This document shows positions 26,701 through 39,316 of a stretch of DNA of 64,000 bases, one piece after another. The notes below the pieces were generated by a model. It had not been told where the DNA came from. It saw only the letters and a list, made by a program, of their open reading frames with translations, and searched no databases. This DNA is from Alloascoidea hylecoeti. Taxonomy: Eukaryota. The translations under genes and the position numbers were made by a program. Location of the stretch: contig BCKZ01000041.1 in NCBI GenBank assembly GCA_001600815.1, positions 1-64,000 of the forward strand, read 5' to 3'. Numbering within the stretch: the stretch's first letter is position 1; each line of letters starts with the position of its first letter.

Positions 26701-27871
26701 CAAAGGAATAAATCAAACTAAATATGCATTAGCTTTATATATTTCATTACCTAAAACCATAACACTTAATGAACAATCACAAGAAGCTAAAAAATCATTA
26801 TCTAATTTAATTTCAACAATTTCATCAGAAGATTATGAAATAATCATTGAATATATTCTTAATGCAATTAAATTAGCCAAAACCAATGATTCCGAATCAA
26901 AACTAGTAAATTATATTGATCTTTTAACAATAACTTTAAAACCAATGAAAAAAGAATGGAATATAAATCAATCATTAATAACAACAATTTTAAATGATTT
27001 AAGAATGAGTATTTATAATATTGATGTTAATATTATGAACAATCTTGATATTATTAATTCAATCGTTGAATTATTAACAATAATTATAATTGAAAAATCT
27101 TTTTCAATTGATCAATATTTAATTGAAATGATTATATCATTTATTAATCATTTAATTAATAAATTATCATCATTTACAACAAATATTGAGAAAGAAATTT
27201 TAAAAATTGAATCAATTTTCATATTAATTACAAAATTATTATCACAAATTATATTATTTCAAAGATATAGATTAAATGGTAGACATCATTTAATAATTGG
27301 TATATTTACATCATTATTAGAATGTTTTGCTTTTAAAAAACAACAACAGCGTGTAACAACTTTAACTTTTAAACAAAGAAATAATAATAATAATAATAAT
27401 GATTCATTAATGATTGATAAATTATCATTCGATTTAGAAATTAATGACAATAATGATATTATTAAACCAATTTCAAATTCAATTCCTTGTGTAATGGCTT
27501 ATAATAGATTACTTGATAATTTATGTAATCCATCACAAACTCTTTATAAAGATAAATCAATAACAACCATAAATCATAAAAATAATGAAAAGGATAAAAT
27601 TGTACCATTAAATTCAACAGTTACAAAAATTAAAAATTTATTAAGAAAGCATATTTCAATACTTTTATTAAATTATGTTTGGATTTCTTTATATTTTGAT
27701 TTAAATGTTAATGTTAGAGAACAATTAAATATTGGGTTTTATTCTGTTTGGGATGTTTTAGCTTCTGAAGATTTAAAAATCGTTAATGCTATGCTTGATC
27801 AAAATGGGAAAAGTTATTTTCATGTTTTACATAATGATTATAAAGAAAATGGAAAATGGAAAGAGGAGTAG
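23753..27871 (+). CDS. URB2: Nucleolar pre-60S ribosome biogenesis protein Urb2; exons 23753-23770 and 23828-27871
   Basis: Long helical ORF with a C-terminal Urb2/Npa2 signature (RYRLNGRHHL...LDQNGKSYFHVLHNDYKENGKW). Intron GTATGT(23771)...ATTAAC...AAG(23827) restores the frame, giving MSIKSE|LCSAQGITRHLRSK. Confidence 0.85.
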
Positions 27872-29779
27872 TAATTCATTTTTCTTTTCAATTATTATTG
27901 GTGTATATTAAAAAATCTTTAAACTATTGTATAGTGATAGCTTATTTTCCTTTTAAACCCATTTGTAATAAAGAATAAATTTTATTATTATTCCACAGCC
28001 CTTGTATTATCTGATCATCCATGATGAGATTAATAATGGAATATAACCCTCCGGCTAAACACTACACGTTAAAGACAATTGTGCTGTTATAGATCGATAA
28101 ATGGTACATTTGCTGTTTTTCAACACGTTAATGTGTGGATTCAAGAGCATCTAAAATTTTGCCAGGTTCAGCATTGGTATACTAATCAGACCAAATAGAC
28201 GAGATATTATTTTCCTTTGTTTTGTGGTCAGTCGAGTCATTTATAATTCGAATGATCAAAAATGATAGGATGTGTTGATCAAAATCATTGGAAGCAGTTG
28301 CATCCAAATTAGTTGACTAAATAGCAATGCTCAGGAGAAGGATTATTGTTATAAATTCAGGATAAATATATTCAACGTATAGTTACTGATGATTTAAAAT
28401 AAACAATCTATTAAAAAACGTCACATCTATTACTAACCAATTTTATTAAATTGTGAGAATAAGGTATGTTTACAATCTATTCTCATCTTTTCTAACTCTT
28501 ACAAGAAGAGGTATTTATTCATATTGATAAAAGTATTGTCTCGAATTAAAATTATTCCCCCAAATATATTATGTTTTTGGGTGGTTTTTATAATTTAAGG
28601 CAGTTGTTTATATGGTAGAGTCAGTCTAGTTTTTAACCTTCCTATTCTTCCAAATTTACATTCTTTCAGTCACAGTATCCTTGATTTTTAATTTAATGAA
28701 GCCACTAAAGGAGATATACAGTACTATACAACCATCATATTATTATGTTGATATGGCTTCGACACTTGATTATCGTTATTCAAAACATATATAATTTTCA
28801 AACTCTTGTGATATAGATAGAGTGAATAAACACACTCATTTTGTTTGCTCGCATATAATTAGAACTGAATATTCATTTCGCAACAATAAATCTGAATAAT
28901 AGGATAATAAAAAGTAGAATAATAATAACCTGAAAACCATCATTAATTGATGAGCCATTAATATTAGTAGATGGATTTTCCTAAACTTTGAGGAAACCAT
29001 CTCTTCTATATCTTTAAATCTACATAACTTTTTTAGCTCTTTATAATCCTTATTTCCCAATTTCATATCTTCTTTCAGTATTCAATATCTTATCATGCCA
29101 TTCCATATATTATCTCACCAATCCATACCTTGCCTGTTTTTATTTCCCGTTCTCATGCAATGATCGTTTTAGGTATTTCAACACTTGAATTTGGCTCTGT
29201 TGAAAAAGGAAAATCTATATATCGGGTTTTATGGGTTTCAGTTGCAACCTATTATTACATTCAGCTTTTGTTTGAATCAATATAATCTTTGAAAAAGCTT
29301 TCTGGAAATTGGTTTTAGGATAAGTTTTATGATACACACACAGTCGCACACAGATGACCCACTGTAAACGCAGACTTCCTTCCCTTTCAAATATTTTATA
29401 GTTCAAAGATTGGCTGGACTGTTGTTTAGTATATTTATACCATAGAATTCTGTTCCTTTGATTATTCTCATTCATTTATTATGCCGGAATAAGACTCAAC
29501 CATAGGTGTAGTAATTACTTAAATAAACTGATAAACAATGTTCAAACCAGCCCTACACATCCTTTTTTTTCCCACTTCCTTCTAAACAATTTTACAATTT
29601 TCACATATAGGATCCTTTCAATTCTATCTTTCTTGCCATTCTTACAAAAGTTATACACTCAGTTTCTAGAGTAATATCTTTCAAATTAACAGCATACACC
29701 TGCATATTCCGAACCTTACATCGATCCGTTGACTCCTCCCATTCTCAAAACACCATTAACTCAGGAGATTAGTTAAATA

Positions 29780-30919
29780 ATGACAAAATTGGAAGCCAAC
29801 CCAGAATCGGTCAACGCTTACGACGTAAACCACAATATCTATGATAAATATCGCCCAAACTTTGAAGGAAAAATAGTTGATGATCTCCTCCGTCAATTGG
29901 ATCTAATCAAAGGTGAATATGATCAAGGCACTAAGATTGCTAATAGAATTACAACATCATCATCAAAAACAACAAACACACAAGATAAAAATTGGGAATA
30001 TGATAACGATAAAATAATTTTAGAATTGGCCGTTGGAACAGGTAAATTCACTCAAAGTTTATTTAAACGTGGCTGGGGTTCTAAGAAAACTTCTAAAGGG
30101 GTACCCAATTTAATTGCAGTTGAACCATCAAAAGGAATGCTCGAAACATTTAAACAAAACTTCCCACAAGTTGATTCAAGGCAAGGATCAAGTTATAGTA
30201 TACCAATTGATGATAATTCAGTTGATGTTATTATTATTGCTCAAGCATTTCATTGGTTTGCGGATGAAAATTCATTAAATGAGTTTAAAAGAATATTAAA
30301 ACCAAATTCTGGTGGTATAGTTGGAATGATTTGGAATTATGATTATCCATCAAAAGCGCAGATTTTAACTGATCCTACAACACCAATTAATTTCATCTTT
30401 GATGATTATACTACAGATATTGGGTTGAATGCATTGAAGGAACTAACTACAACCAATTCAAATGATTCAAATGATGATGCGAAAGAATTGCCAAAATCAC
30501 TTGGTGAGAAAATATTTGGTACAGCCTATGGTTGGGATCAACTCTTTGATTATAGAACATCATTTGATGAAGGAGTTCCCCAATATAGAAAAGAAATTTG
30601 GAGAAATGCTTTATCATCAATAAATCAAACAAAAGAAATTAATTCTTCTAATCATTCAAATAAAAATTTTAAAATAATTCACGAAAATTTTAGTTTTAAA
30701 TATACAACTATACCAAGAGATGATGTTTTTAATTATTGGACAACAATGAGTTATATTGAAAAAAAATCAAAAGATGAAAAATTAAAAATTAAATTAAAAG
30801 GAAATCAATTATTAGATGATATTGTTAAAAATTATGGTGATAGTATTTATTCTGATAAAGACAATCAAATTTTAAAAAAATTTAATGGGACTCATGCTAT
30901 TGCTTTACAATTAATTTAG
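29780..30919 (+). CDS. Class I SAM-dependent methyltransferase (Methyltransf_11-like)
   Basis: YDKYRPNF, ILELAVGTGKFT, AVEPSKGM, SVDVIIIAQAFHWF, EFKRILKP. Confidence 0.88.
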   Translation: MTKLEANPESVNAYDVNHNIYDKYRPNFEGKIVDDLLRQLDLIKGEYDQGTKIANRITTSSSKTTNTQDKNWEYDNDKIILELAVGTGKFTQSLFKRGWGSKKTSKGVPNLIAVEPSKGMLETFKQNFPQVDSRQGSSYSIPIDDNSVDVIIIAQAFHWFADENSLNEFKRILKPNSGGIVGMIWNYDYPSKAQILTDPTTPINFIFDDYTTDIGLNALKELTTTNSNDSNDDAKELPKSLGEKIFGTAYGWDQLFDYRTSFDEGVPQYRKEIWRNALSSINQTKEINSSNHSNKNFKIIHENFSFKYTTIPRDDVFNYWTTMSYIEKKSKDEKLKIKLKGNQLLDDIVKNYGDSIYSDKDNQILKKFNGTHAIALQLI

Positions 30920-31531
30920 GTTTAGATTTAGATATAATACTTGACATTTAGTTTCAATTTAGATATAGAGGACTATAATAATAATAAAACTGTACCTAAT
31001 TATGAGAGTATTTATTTTGCAACTTAGAAATATACCGGTAAAAAGATCTCAAGGTAGCCTATACATGTATAGATCGATGAATTGGCAAACTACGCTAATT
31101 TTAATTAATAATGATAGCTGTGTCTAAAACCTATGAGAATGAAATATTCCTTTGATCATACCTAAGACCCAGATCATTATTTTAAATAATATGTTGTTAA
31201 GAGTCATTAGTATTGTAATCGTTTCAACTGGTGATAAAGCAATATTGTTAATTTCACTTAATTTCGGCCAAACGAACTTCGCACGCCAAACACTGGTTTG
31301 AAAATGGGCAATACCGCTAATATGCATAACGAAAAATGATTCTTGTTCGACAAAAACATACATTAACTTGAATTGAAATATCTCTATATTTTTTTGAAAG
31401 ATTTGGTCTAACAACTTTTTTATCATATTCAAGTGCTTACATCAGCATTAGCTAACTATTTACCCGGCCTGTCAATTTTCATAAAATGGCATTTCATTCG
31501 AATCAAAACAATCATATCATTTCAATCAAAT

Positions 31532-33310
31532 ATGTCAACTGTCGAAGGTATATTCAATTTATTGTTATTATTATCAAATATTCTTACTGTTATGCTCTAT
31601 AGTTGAAACTGAACTAATGATTTCTTTCTTTTTCAATTGAAAATTAGTTATCGTCAAACATGCAGGTAAAACCTATAATGTTGAGATTGATCTTGAAGAA
31701 CCTGGTGAAGTTTTCAAATCTCAATTATATTCTTTAACTGGAGTTCCACCAGATAGACAAAGAGTTCTTCTTAGAGTAAGTTTATTAATCAATTCATAAT
31801 ATTTTGTCAATAATAAGATAAGGGGTAATCATATTTCATGAAAATTAATAATGTTTGCCACTTGTACAACTTTTGCAAATTTGAATAATATCATTAACAT
31901 AGCATTATAGGGTGGTCAATTAAAAGATGATAGTGATATGAAATCATTTAAATTAAAATCAAAACAATTAATTATGATGATAGGAACAGCTGGTGAATTA
32001 CCAAAAGCACCAGTTAAGCAAACTGTTTTTCTTGAAGATATGAGTGAGAAAGAATTAGCAACAGTTGTATGTATTTGCAATCTTTTTGAAATAGGTTGTT
32101 ATTTTTCAATTGCTAACTTAATTAATAGAGTAATGTTCCATCAGGATTAATAAACTTGGGTAACACATGTTATATGAATTCATCATTACAAGCATTAAGA
32201 TCAATCCCTGAATTAAATGAAGCATTGAAAAATTATAAATCACCAACTGGAGGTTTAACAGGTTATTTACGTGATATGTTTAATAAAATGAGTTCAACTT
32301 CAGAAGCTTTTTATCCATTAGCATTTTTAAATTCATTAAGAATAGTATATCCACAATTTGCTGAAAAAGGGCGTGATGGAATGTATAAACAACAAGATGC
32401 TGAAGAAGCATTTTCACAACTTGTTGGAACATTAAAAGGATCTTTAATTAATGAAAATGAATCATTTATTGAAAAATATTTTCAATTATATTTTGAAGAA
32501 ACAATTAAATGTGATGAATTACCTGATGAAGAAGCAGTTATAAAGCATGAATCATCATTAAAATTAAGTGCTCATATATCAAAAGATGTTAATTTTTTAA
32601 GAGATGGATTATTATTAAGTTTACAAGATAAATTAACAAAAAATAATTCAAATTTAGGTAGAGATTCAATTTATTCAGTTGAAAGAAAATTAGAAAATAA
32701 ATTACCAAAATATTTAACAATTAATTATGTTCGATTTTTTTGGAAAAGAGAAACTCAAAAAAAAAGTAAAATTTTGAGAAAAGTTGTTTTTCCTTTTGAA
32801 CTTGATATTAGTGAATTTTGTAATAATGATTTAAAATCAAAATTAATTCAAACAAGAGAAGCAATTAGAGATGTTAATAAAGAAAAATTAGAATTAATTA
32901 GATCTGCTAAAAAAGCAAGAAAACAACAACAATTATTAGAAGTAAATTCAAATAAAGAATCAGATTCTTCAACAAGCAACATAATTTCTAAATCAAAAGA
33001 AGAAGAATTTAAAAATAAAGTCGAATCAACAATTCACCCAGATTTTAGAAATGATGATGGTTGTAATGTTAGTCCATTATATGAATTATTTGCAATTGTT
33101 TCACATAAAGGAGCAAGTGCAGATTCAGGACATTATCAAGCTTTTATTAAAGACGATAAGGATGAAAATTCAGGTACTGAAAAGGAAAATTGGTGGAAAT
33201 TTAATGATGATAAGGTAACACAGGTTAATAGAGAAAAAATTGAATCATTAGCTGGTGGTGGTGAATCAGATTCTGCTTTATTATTATTATATCGTGCTGT
33301 TAAATATTGA
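31532..33310 (+). CDS. UBP6: Proteasome-associated ubiquitin C-terminal hydrolase (UBL + USP); exons 31532-31547, 31648-31775, 31911-32066, 32129-33310
   Basis: Splicing three GT..AG introns gives MSTVEVIVKHAGKTY...TGVPPDRQRVLLRGGQLKDD...PSGLINLGNTCYMNS...QQDAEE...HKGASADSGHY...LAGGGESDSAL. Frames checked at each junction. Confidence 0.95.
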
Positions 33311-33465
33311 CCTTTTTATCTATCATTTTTATTTGTAAATGATATATGCCTACGTTTAGGAGTAGATAAATAAATATAAATAAATATAAATAAATGAACA
33401 TATATATAGAAATTAATAATTATGATTTATAATTATATTTAAAATGTAAGTAGTTTGTTTATAAA

Positions 33466-34009
33466 TTATTTATTATCATTAACAGATTTTTTAAAATTTT
33501 CCAATTCTTCCCAACAATTTAAAGGTTTATTTTTATTATCAATTAATTTTAAACAATTAATTAAGTCATTTCTTTTATTTAAAACATCTTTTGGAATTTC
33601 TTTCAATTTTGGACGAGATTCTAATTTTGTTTTTAATTCATCTAATCTTGATTTGATTTCAATTGATGATGATTTATCATTTGTTTTACTATCATTTGGA
33701 ATAGATGCATTTTTTAATCCAGAATCAATCGTTAATAAAGCATCTTTTTCTAATTTTGATAATCGAGAAGAAACTATTTCTTCGAGACGCTTTTCAGCAT
33801 TTTGTGATCTTGTATAATCAGACTATTGTCACATATATTGGTTAATATTCATGATCAAATCTTATAAAATTCAGTAACTGAAATTCCGAACTCACCTCTA
33901 ATGAACTTCCCAACTGGTTCAATAACGAATCTGAAAAAACGACTGGAGAATCCGGAGTGAAAACCCGAGTAACAGGTTTATCCTGAGGAGTGCTGAAAAA
34001 GAACCCCAT
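33466..34009 (-). CDS. MIC19: MICOS complex subunit Mic19 (DUF1690); exons 34009-33896 and 33822-33466, 156 aa
   Basis: MGFFFSTPQDKPVTRVFTPDSPVVFSDSLLNQLGSSLE|SDYTRSQNAEKRLEE...LINCLK...KPLNCWEELENFKK. Intron GTGAGT...ATTAAC...TAG; N-terminal MG; C-terminal cysteine pair. Confidence 0.85.
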
Positions 34010-34262
34010 AATTTGTACTTTTTGGAGGTTTCAATTAATACTAAACAAGATTGGCTGTTTGCTTCTGTTGAGAATAAGTGAAGTGGTGGTAGGTGAGAGT
34101 TATGCCTCACCTGACCAATGATGACATAAGCTCCTATTTCTATTTTTATTATGCAGCTAGCAGCGACTTGAAGTAAATATAAACCTCTTTTTTCACTTCT
34201 CCTCCTTTTTTTCTCCTTTTTCTTCAATTTTCCATTTTCTATCTTATTTCTTCCATCTTTTG

Positions 34263-35441
34263 ATGTTTTCCGTTCCAGCTTCTTCCAACTCTATATATGG
34301 TTATAACTATCATCAAGTCAAAACTAATAATAATTTAAATGATGATGTTAATCAAATTTTAATTTTAAATGCAAAGGTTAACCACAACATGCCTTCTGCA
34401 ATCACCGGTTCTGTGACCCCCACCATTTATAGTAATAATTCTTATAAAATGATCCCTGCTCCTTTGTCTTTATCATCATCAATTTGGTCGGTTTCTCCTC
34501 CTTCTCCTGATGATAATTCAATTAAAAGTTGGGCAGATTCAATCCCAACATCCCCTGCTTATTCAACTGGTTCATCGAATTCAAATTTATTAATTCCAAG
34601 TAAGAACAATGGACATGGGAATGGGAATGGCTATAACCACACCAATGGCCATCATTCAAATCAAATTGTTTCCAGAAATAGACATTACAACAACAACAAC
34701 AATAATAATCAAAATAATAATTCTTGGAAATTACCAATTGAAATTCCATTGTGTGTTTTAGATCCATCAGATTTCATAATCCCTCCATCATCAAGATTCT
34801 TTGTAATTAAATCATATAATGAATCTGATGTTCAATCTTCATTTATTCATTCTGTTTGGTCATCAACTGATTTAGGTAATAAAAGATTAAATAAAGCTTT
34901 TAAAGAATTACATGAAAGTTCATATTATAAATTTTTAAAATCACATCCTGAATTAAATATTAATTTACCAAAAATTTTGTTATTTTTTTCTGTTAATTCT
35001 TCAGGTCATTTTTGTGGTATTGCTGAAATGACATCTTTAGTTACTTCAAATAATGATTTAAATATTAATAATCAACAACAATTGCAATCACACTCACCAT
35101 TACAAAATCAAAATTCATATTCTAATCAATTTATTAATAATAACTTATTTTCATCATCATCTCAAAATGGCTATAACAATAGCAATAACAATAATAATAC
35201 AAAAAATTTGAATAATATTTGGACAGATAAAAGATGGAAAGGATTATTTTCAATAAATTGGATTTTTATAAAAGATATACCAAATTCTTCATTAAGAAAA
35301 CTAAAAGTTATTAATAATGAAAATAAACCAATTACAAATTCAAGAGATACTCAAGAAGTTTTATTTGATGTTGGTAATAAAGTAGTTGGAATTTTTAAAG
35401 GTTATCCTGGTAAAACTAGTTTTTTACAAGGAATGATTTGA
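34263..35441 (+). CDS. PHO92: YTH-domain m6A RNA reader
   Basis: RFFVIKSY, VWSSTDLGNKRL, FFSVNSSGHFCGIAEM, IWTDKRWKG, NENKPITNSRDTQEV; low-complexity N/S-rich N-terminus. Confidence 0.9.
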   Translation: MFSVPASSNSIYGYNYHQVKTNNNLNDDVNQILILNAKVNHNMPSAITGSVTPTIYSNNSYKMIPAPLSLSSSIWSVSPPSPDDNSIKSWADSIPTSPAYSTGSSNSNLLIPSKNNGHGNGNGYNHTNGHHSNQIVSRNRHYNNNNNNNQNNNSWKLPIEIPLCVLDPSDFIIPPSSRFFVIKSYNESDVQSSFIHSVWSSTDLGNKRLNKAFKELHESSYYKFLKSHPELNINLPKILLFFSVNSSGHFCGIAEMTSLVTSNNDLNINNQQQLQSHSPLQNQNSYSNQFINNNLFSSSSQNGYNNSNNNNNTKNLNNIWTDKRWKGLFSINWIFIKDIPNSSLRKLKVINNENKPITNSRDTQEVLFDVGNKVVGIFKGYPGKTSFLQGMI

Positions 35442-38353
35442 TTTAAATCTTATTATTATCAATAACATACCAAGGATAGAAAAAAAAAAAAAAAGGATAA
35501 TAATTTGAAATTATTAATTTTGGCTAAAATATTGGAATTTGCTTTTCTTTTAATTAAAAGACCTTATACTACATGTTTCTTTACTTCTTTCATATACATA
35601 TTTTTCCCCATTATATTTAATTATTTATTTTTTGTTTATACTGCTACATCTTTGCTTAAAAAATTACTAGTTAATCTTACTTCTCTTTTCAATCATTCTT
35701 TTTTTTCCATTGATTTTTATGACATATATTAATAGCTTTTAGTAATATAAATATACACAATGATATCATATAATCATCATAAATTTAAAGAACTAGTACC
35801 AATAGGTTAGATCTATAGAGTTTAAATACGTAGAGTATTATGCAGATGATTACCTCCATCATCATCTTTGAAAAAATTAAAAATGGGTTTAAAGAATATA
35901 TCTCCATTTTCTGTTACCCCATGACTAATTCCTAAATCCTTTCCCGTTCCATCTCATCGATGATCCCATTGTGAAATTGTTTTAAAGTTAAGCTTTTTTA
36001 TGTGCTGAAAGCCATAATCAATGAATAAATAATCTTGCAAAGTTTTGATAATTACATTATTCATTTGTGTTTGATGTTCTTCTAGTGGGATGGCACCCTG
36101 AAACAACAGCTTCTAAGTAAGGATCGAAATATTTATCATTCATTGGAGAATTTGAGTGCTCATAGGTTTTGTTACAATTTATCTATGCACCCCACAAAAC
36201 ATTGAAGCATCTATTACAACCTTTAATCTTTATTATTAAGTAAAAAGTGAGATAATTAGTTTAGACTGTTAATTCAAATTTCGGTGTTCAATTCATAGAC
36301 GATATATGATATAATCACCAAGTACTTACTGCTTCAGATATTTATAACTGGAATTAACAATATTTTTCTCAGGGTTATTTTCAGAGCTAATCATTTTAGT
36401 AAATTAAGTTTTAAGTTGTTTAAGGGAATTATATGAGGGTGAAAAAAGTATTGTTTATTATTTAATCATAAACATAAGCGCTTGAGGTGTAGTTTGATTT
36501 TCAAACACGAAAAGGAATTTTTAAAATAGTGAATTTGTTATTTCCGTTGGATTAGTTCCCAATTTGATCTTATTTTCATTACTTGATAATAGTTGATACT
36601 TGTGTTATTCACAATATCTATAAACTGCCATAGCCACGGCAAATGTATTCTGAAGTTAAAGAATACAGGGGCTACTAAGCATCTCTTCGTTCAAGTCATT
36701 TAAGAAGTTATCAGAAGACAATTAACGATATATAATTTAATGACTAGCTCTGGTCAGAATTCTCCTATGAATAGCAAGAGTCATACTTTGTCCAAGAATT
36801 TGTTCACCTAATTCAACACTTTACTACTTAAAAGCATCTTTTCAAAACCCATCATGACTGGCTGAAAGGCACATAGATCACTTCAATGAAAGGTCGGAAT
36901 TTTTACTATTAAAAGAAATCTTTTAGTTGAAATGGGACGATTAAAGGTGCTTAAACTTTTTATGAGTATCCCCTTTTATATATTATGGTTTGTTCTTCAT
37001 TTTAGAAGCATTAATTTATCATTTAAAAGGAGTTTTATAGTTTTGAGGGTACCGTGATTGGAGGGATGTATGCAGCGATTCACTTTCTGTGGTATGGGTC
37101 TAATAGAACCCTATTGGGGAGGCAAATGAATCAGTGAAGTGTCAGCCCTAACTGCAAAAAAGTTGTGTCAGGGGTAGTGGTAGACTCAATAGTATCAGGA
37201 CCTGCTAAATTTGTGTGTGTGAAGCTGTATCTACGTTTTGAAAATATTACTTGGACAACCTCTCTTCCCGTGTGCTGAAATAGCATGTCCAAAAATTTGA
37301 CTTCTTGTCACGATATGATGTCATTGATATCTGTCTAAAGACTTTAAACCAGCCATTTATCTCCAAATTTGCAGTCCAAAAGTACCAAACCCATAACTGC
37401 TAGATGCAAGAAAGCAGATATAAGTTTATATACCTTCATTCCAAAAAAAAAAGGGGCAGGGAACAAAACACGGCTAAGCTGATTAACAATCCGCCCATTG
37501 CATACTGAGGGCACAATAAAAAGTTAATAAACAAAATATGAAGTGATTGATCGAGTTCGCCGAAGGATTGGCGATGTCTGATAAAAAGATTGCTCATCTG
37601 CCGTAGCAGCTGTACATGCTTCAGTCCTATGAGTCCCATGGTGGATCGGCATTACTACCTAGATGTGTCCGATCCCCATCTTACATACAATCAACTGAAA
37701 AACTTGAAGGGTCTTCTAGAGCAGTCTCAGATATGAGGGTGATTGGCACTGCTTGGCAAGATAATACCTAGTCTCTTAACGTTGGTGAAATCATGGTCTT
37801 CATCTTCACAATGTATTTGATCTGCTGAACTGCCCTAAATAATTATATTAAAGGCATTTTAGTTATCGGCAACTGTACCTAAACCCTATATCAACAAATC
37901 AAGGGCCTGAATTAGCATCCTGAAATCTTATTAATCTTATAATTAATAAGATCTTCTTAGTAAGTATATATTTTTGTTGCAACTTGTGCAACTGGTAGGA
38001 ACTTACTAGGAAATACTACTAGGAACTTGGTTTCAAAATATTTGATGTATAATTAATATTGCCTAAATCTTGGGTGTTTTTTCCTATAATGATACTATAA
38101 TTATAGTAGTGATTAATATTAGTTGAAATAACTTATAATCATATTTTATAATTTTACATCAAGTTAATAATTTTTTGTAGAGTACTAAGCTTTCAAATCT
38201 CAACTTAAAAAGAATCGTCTTCAGAAAGATACAGTTATTAAACTAAATACAATTAAAGTTTTTCGAGCTCTCATCAGCTACTATTTTTTTTTCCTCCAGA
38301 AGACTTGCCGGCACTATTTCCAAGGGCGACCTCTTTATTCATAACTGAATGAA

Positions 38354-38716
38354 ACTTCTTCAGGCTATGCTTCTTTAAATGTAGGTACTAAAGGTGGTTA
38401 AACCGTTACAGTTTCAAGCTTCAGTGAGTTACCAAAGTACGCAAAGTCTACCGGTGCTTATAGCATTATCATTACATGATCTTGAAAGTTGTAGGCTCCT
38501 GAGAAAATACGGTACCTGTGATTACCATACTGGAGTTTAAATATTAATGCATATGATGATACTTTTTCAACTTCATCTGAAGTTCATCACGTGAATGCGG
38601 CTGCTAATTTTAGAAATCATCCTTGTATTTACGGATCTATATACGAAAAAGCTTGACGATGCTGTTGAATTCATTGTTTTGGATCTAAATATGTATAATT
38701 CTGAATAAATCATGGC
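38354..38716 (+). pseudogene. Possible pectate lyase (PL1) relic
   Basis: TSSGYASLNVGTKGG*TVTVSSFSELPKYAKSTGAYSIIIT resembles the PL1 N-terminus (GYAsxnGGTTGG..ttVss). Downstream DDAV and TGA-ATA-AAT-CAT (*INH) resemble a decayed DAI...WIDH. Confidence 0.45.
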
Positions 38717-39316
38717 TAAAAATATCTTCTTGAAAGGCATTGCAAACAGATGATAAGTTTATAACAGCCTAACAGGGATGCTAATTAAATTTCCGGTTCA
38801 AGATGCATAAAAGGTTAAGCGTGGAGGATGTAAGGATATCAACCGCAATAAAATTTCTATTTTTACTTCACTTTATTTTTATTTTCATCTTTATACATGT
38901 TTCTTTCTATGGGGTATTCCAATTAGTGCACCCTTTGAGTCCTTATATTAAGGCTGTTATCAAAGCTGGTTGGTTTCTCGCATTAACTTAAAAAGGAAAA
39001 CAATCCTTTGTGAATCTTACATGTGCTCTTGGTTGAAAATTGAATTGAATACCTTAGTTCTTAGCAAATTAGACCGAGACGTGGTAACGAAAACGATATT
39101 ATTCTTTTTTAAGTTTATGTGTTACAGTATTTCACCTTGAACATACATAGCTTTTTATACAATTACGTCGTTCCTACTCCCTGTTCTAACTTTCTAGGAC
39201 TTCCTAAATAATGTTAACGATAATAATAGAAAAGAATAATATGAAAAACATATATAAACATTGCTTTCTACATTTCTCTCGTTGGTTTATTCCAATCGTT
39301 TGTTTACCATACTAAA

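Noticed and set aside
33455..33817. 120-aa plus-strand ORF
   Set aside because: Antisense to MIC19 exon 2.
37925..37952. 11-bp inverted repeat ATCTTATTAAT/ATTAATAAGAT
   Set aside because: Short and almost all A/T; expected by chance here.
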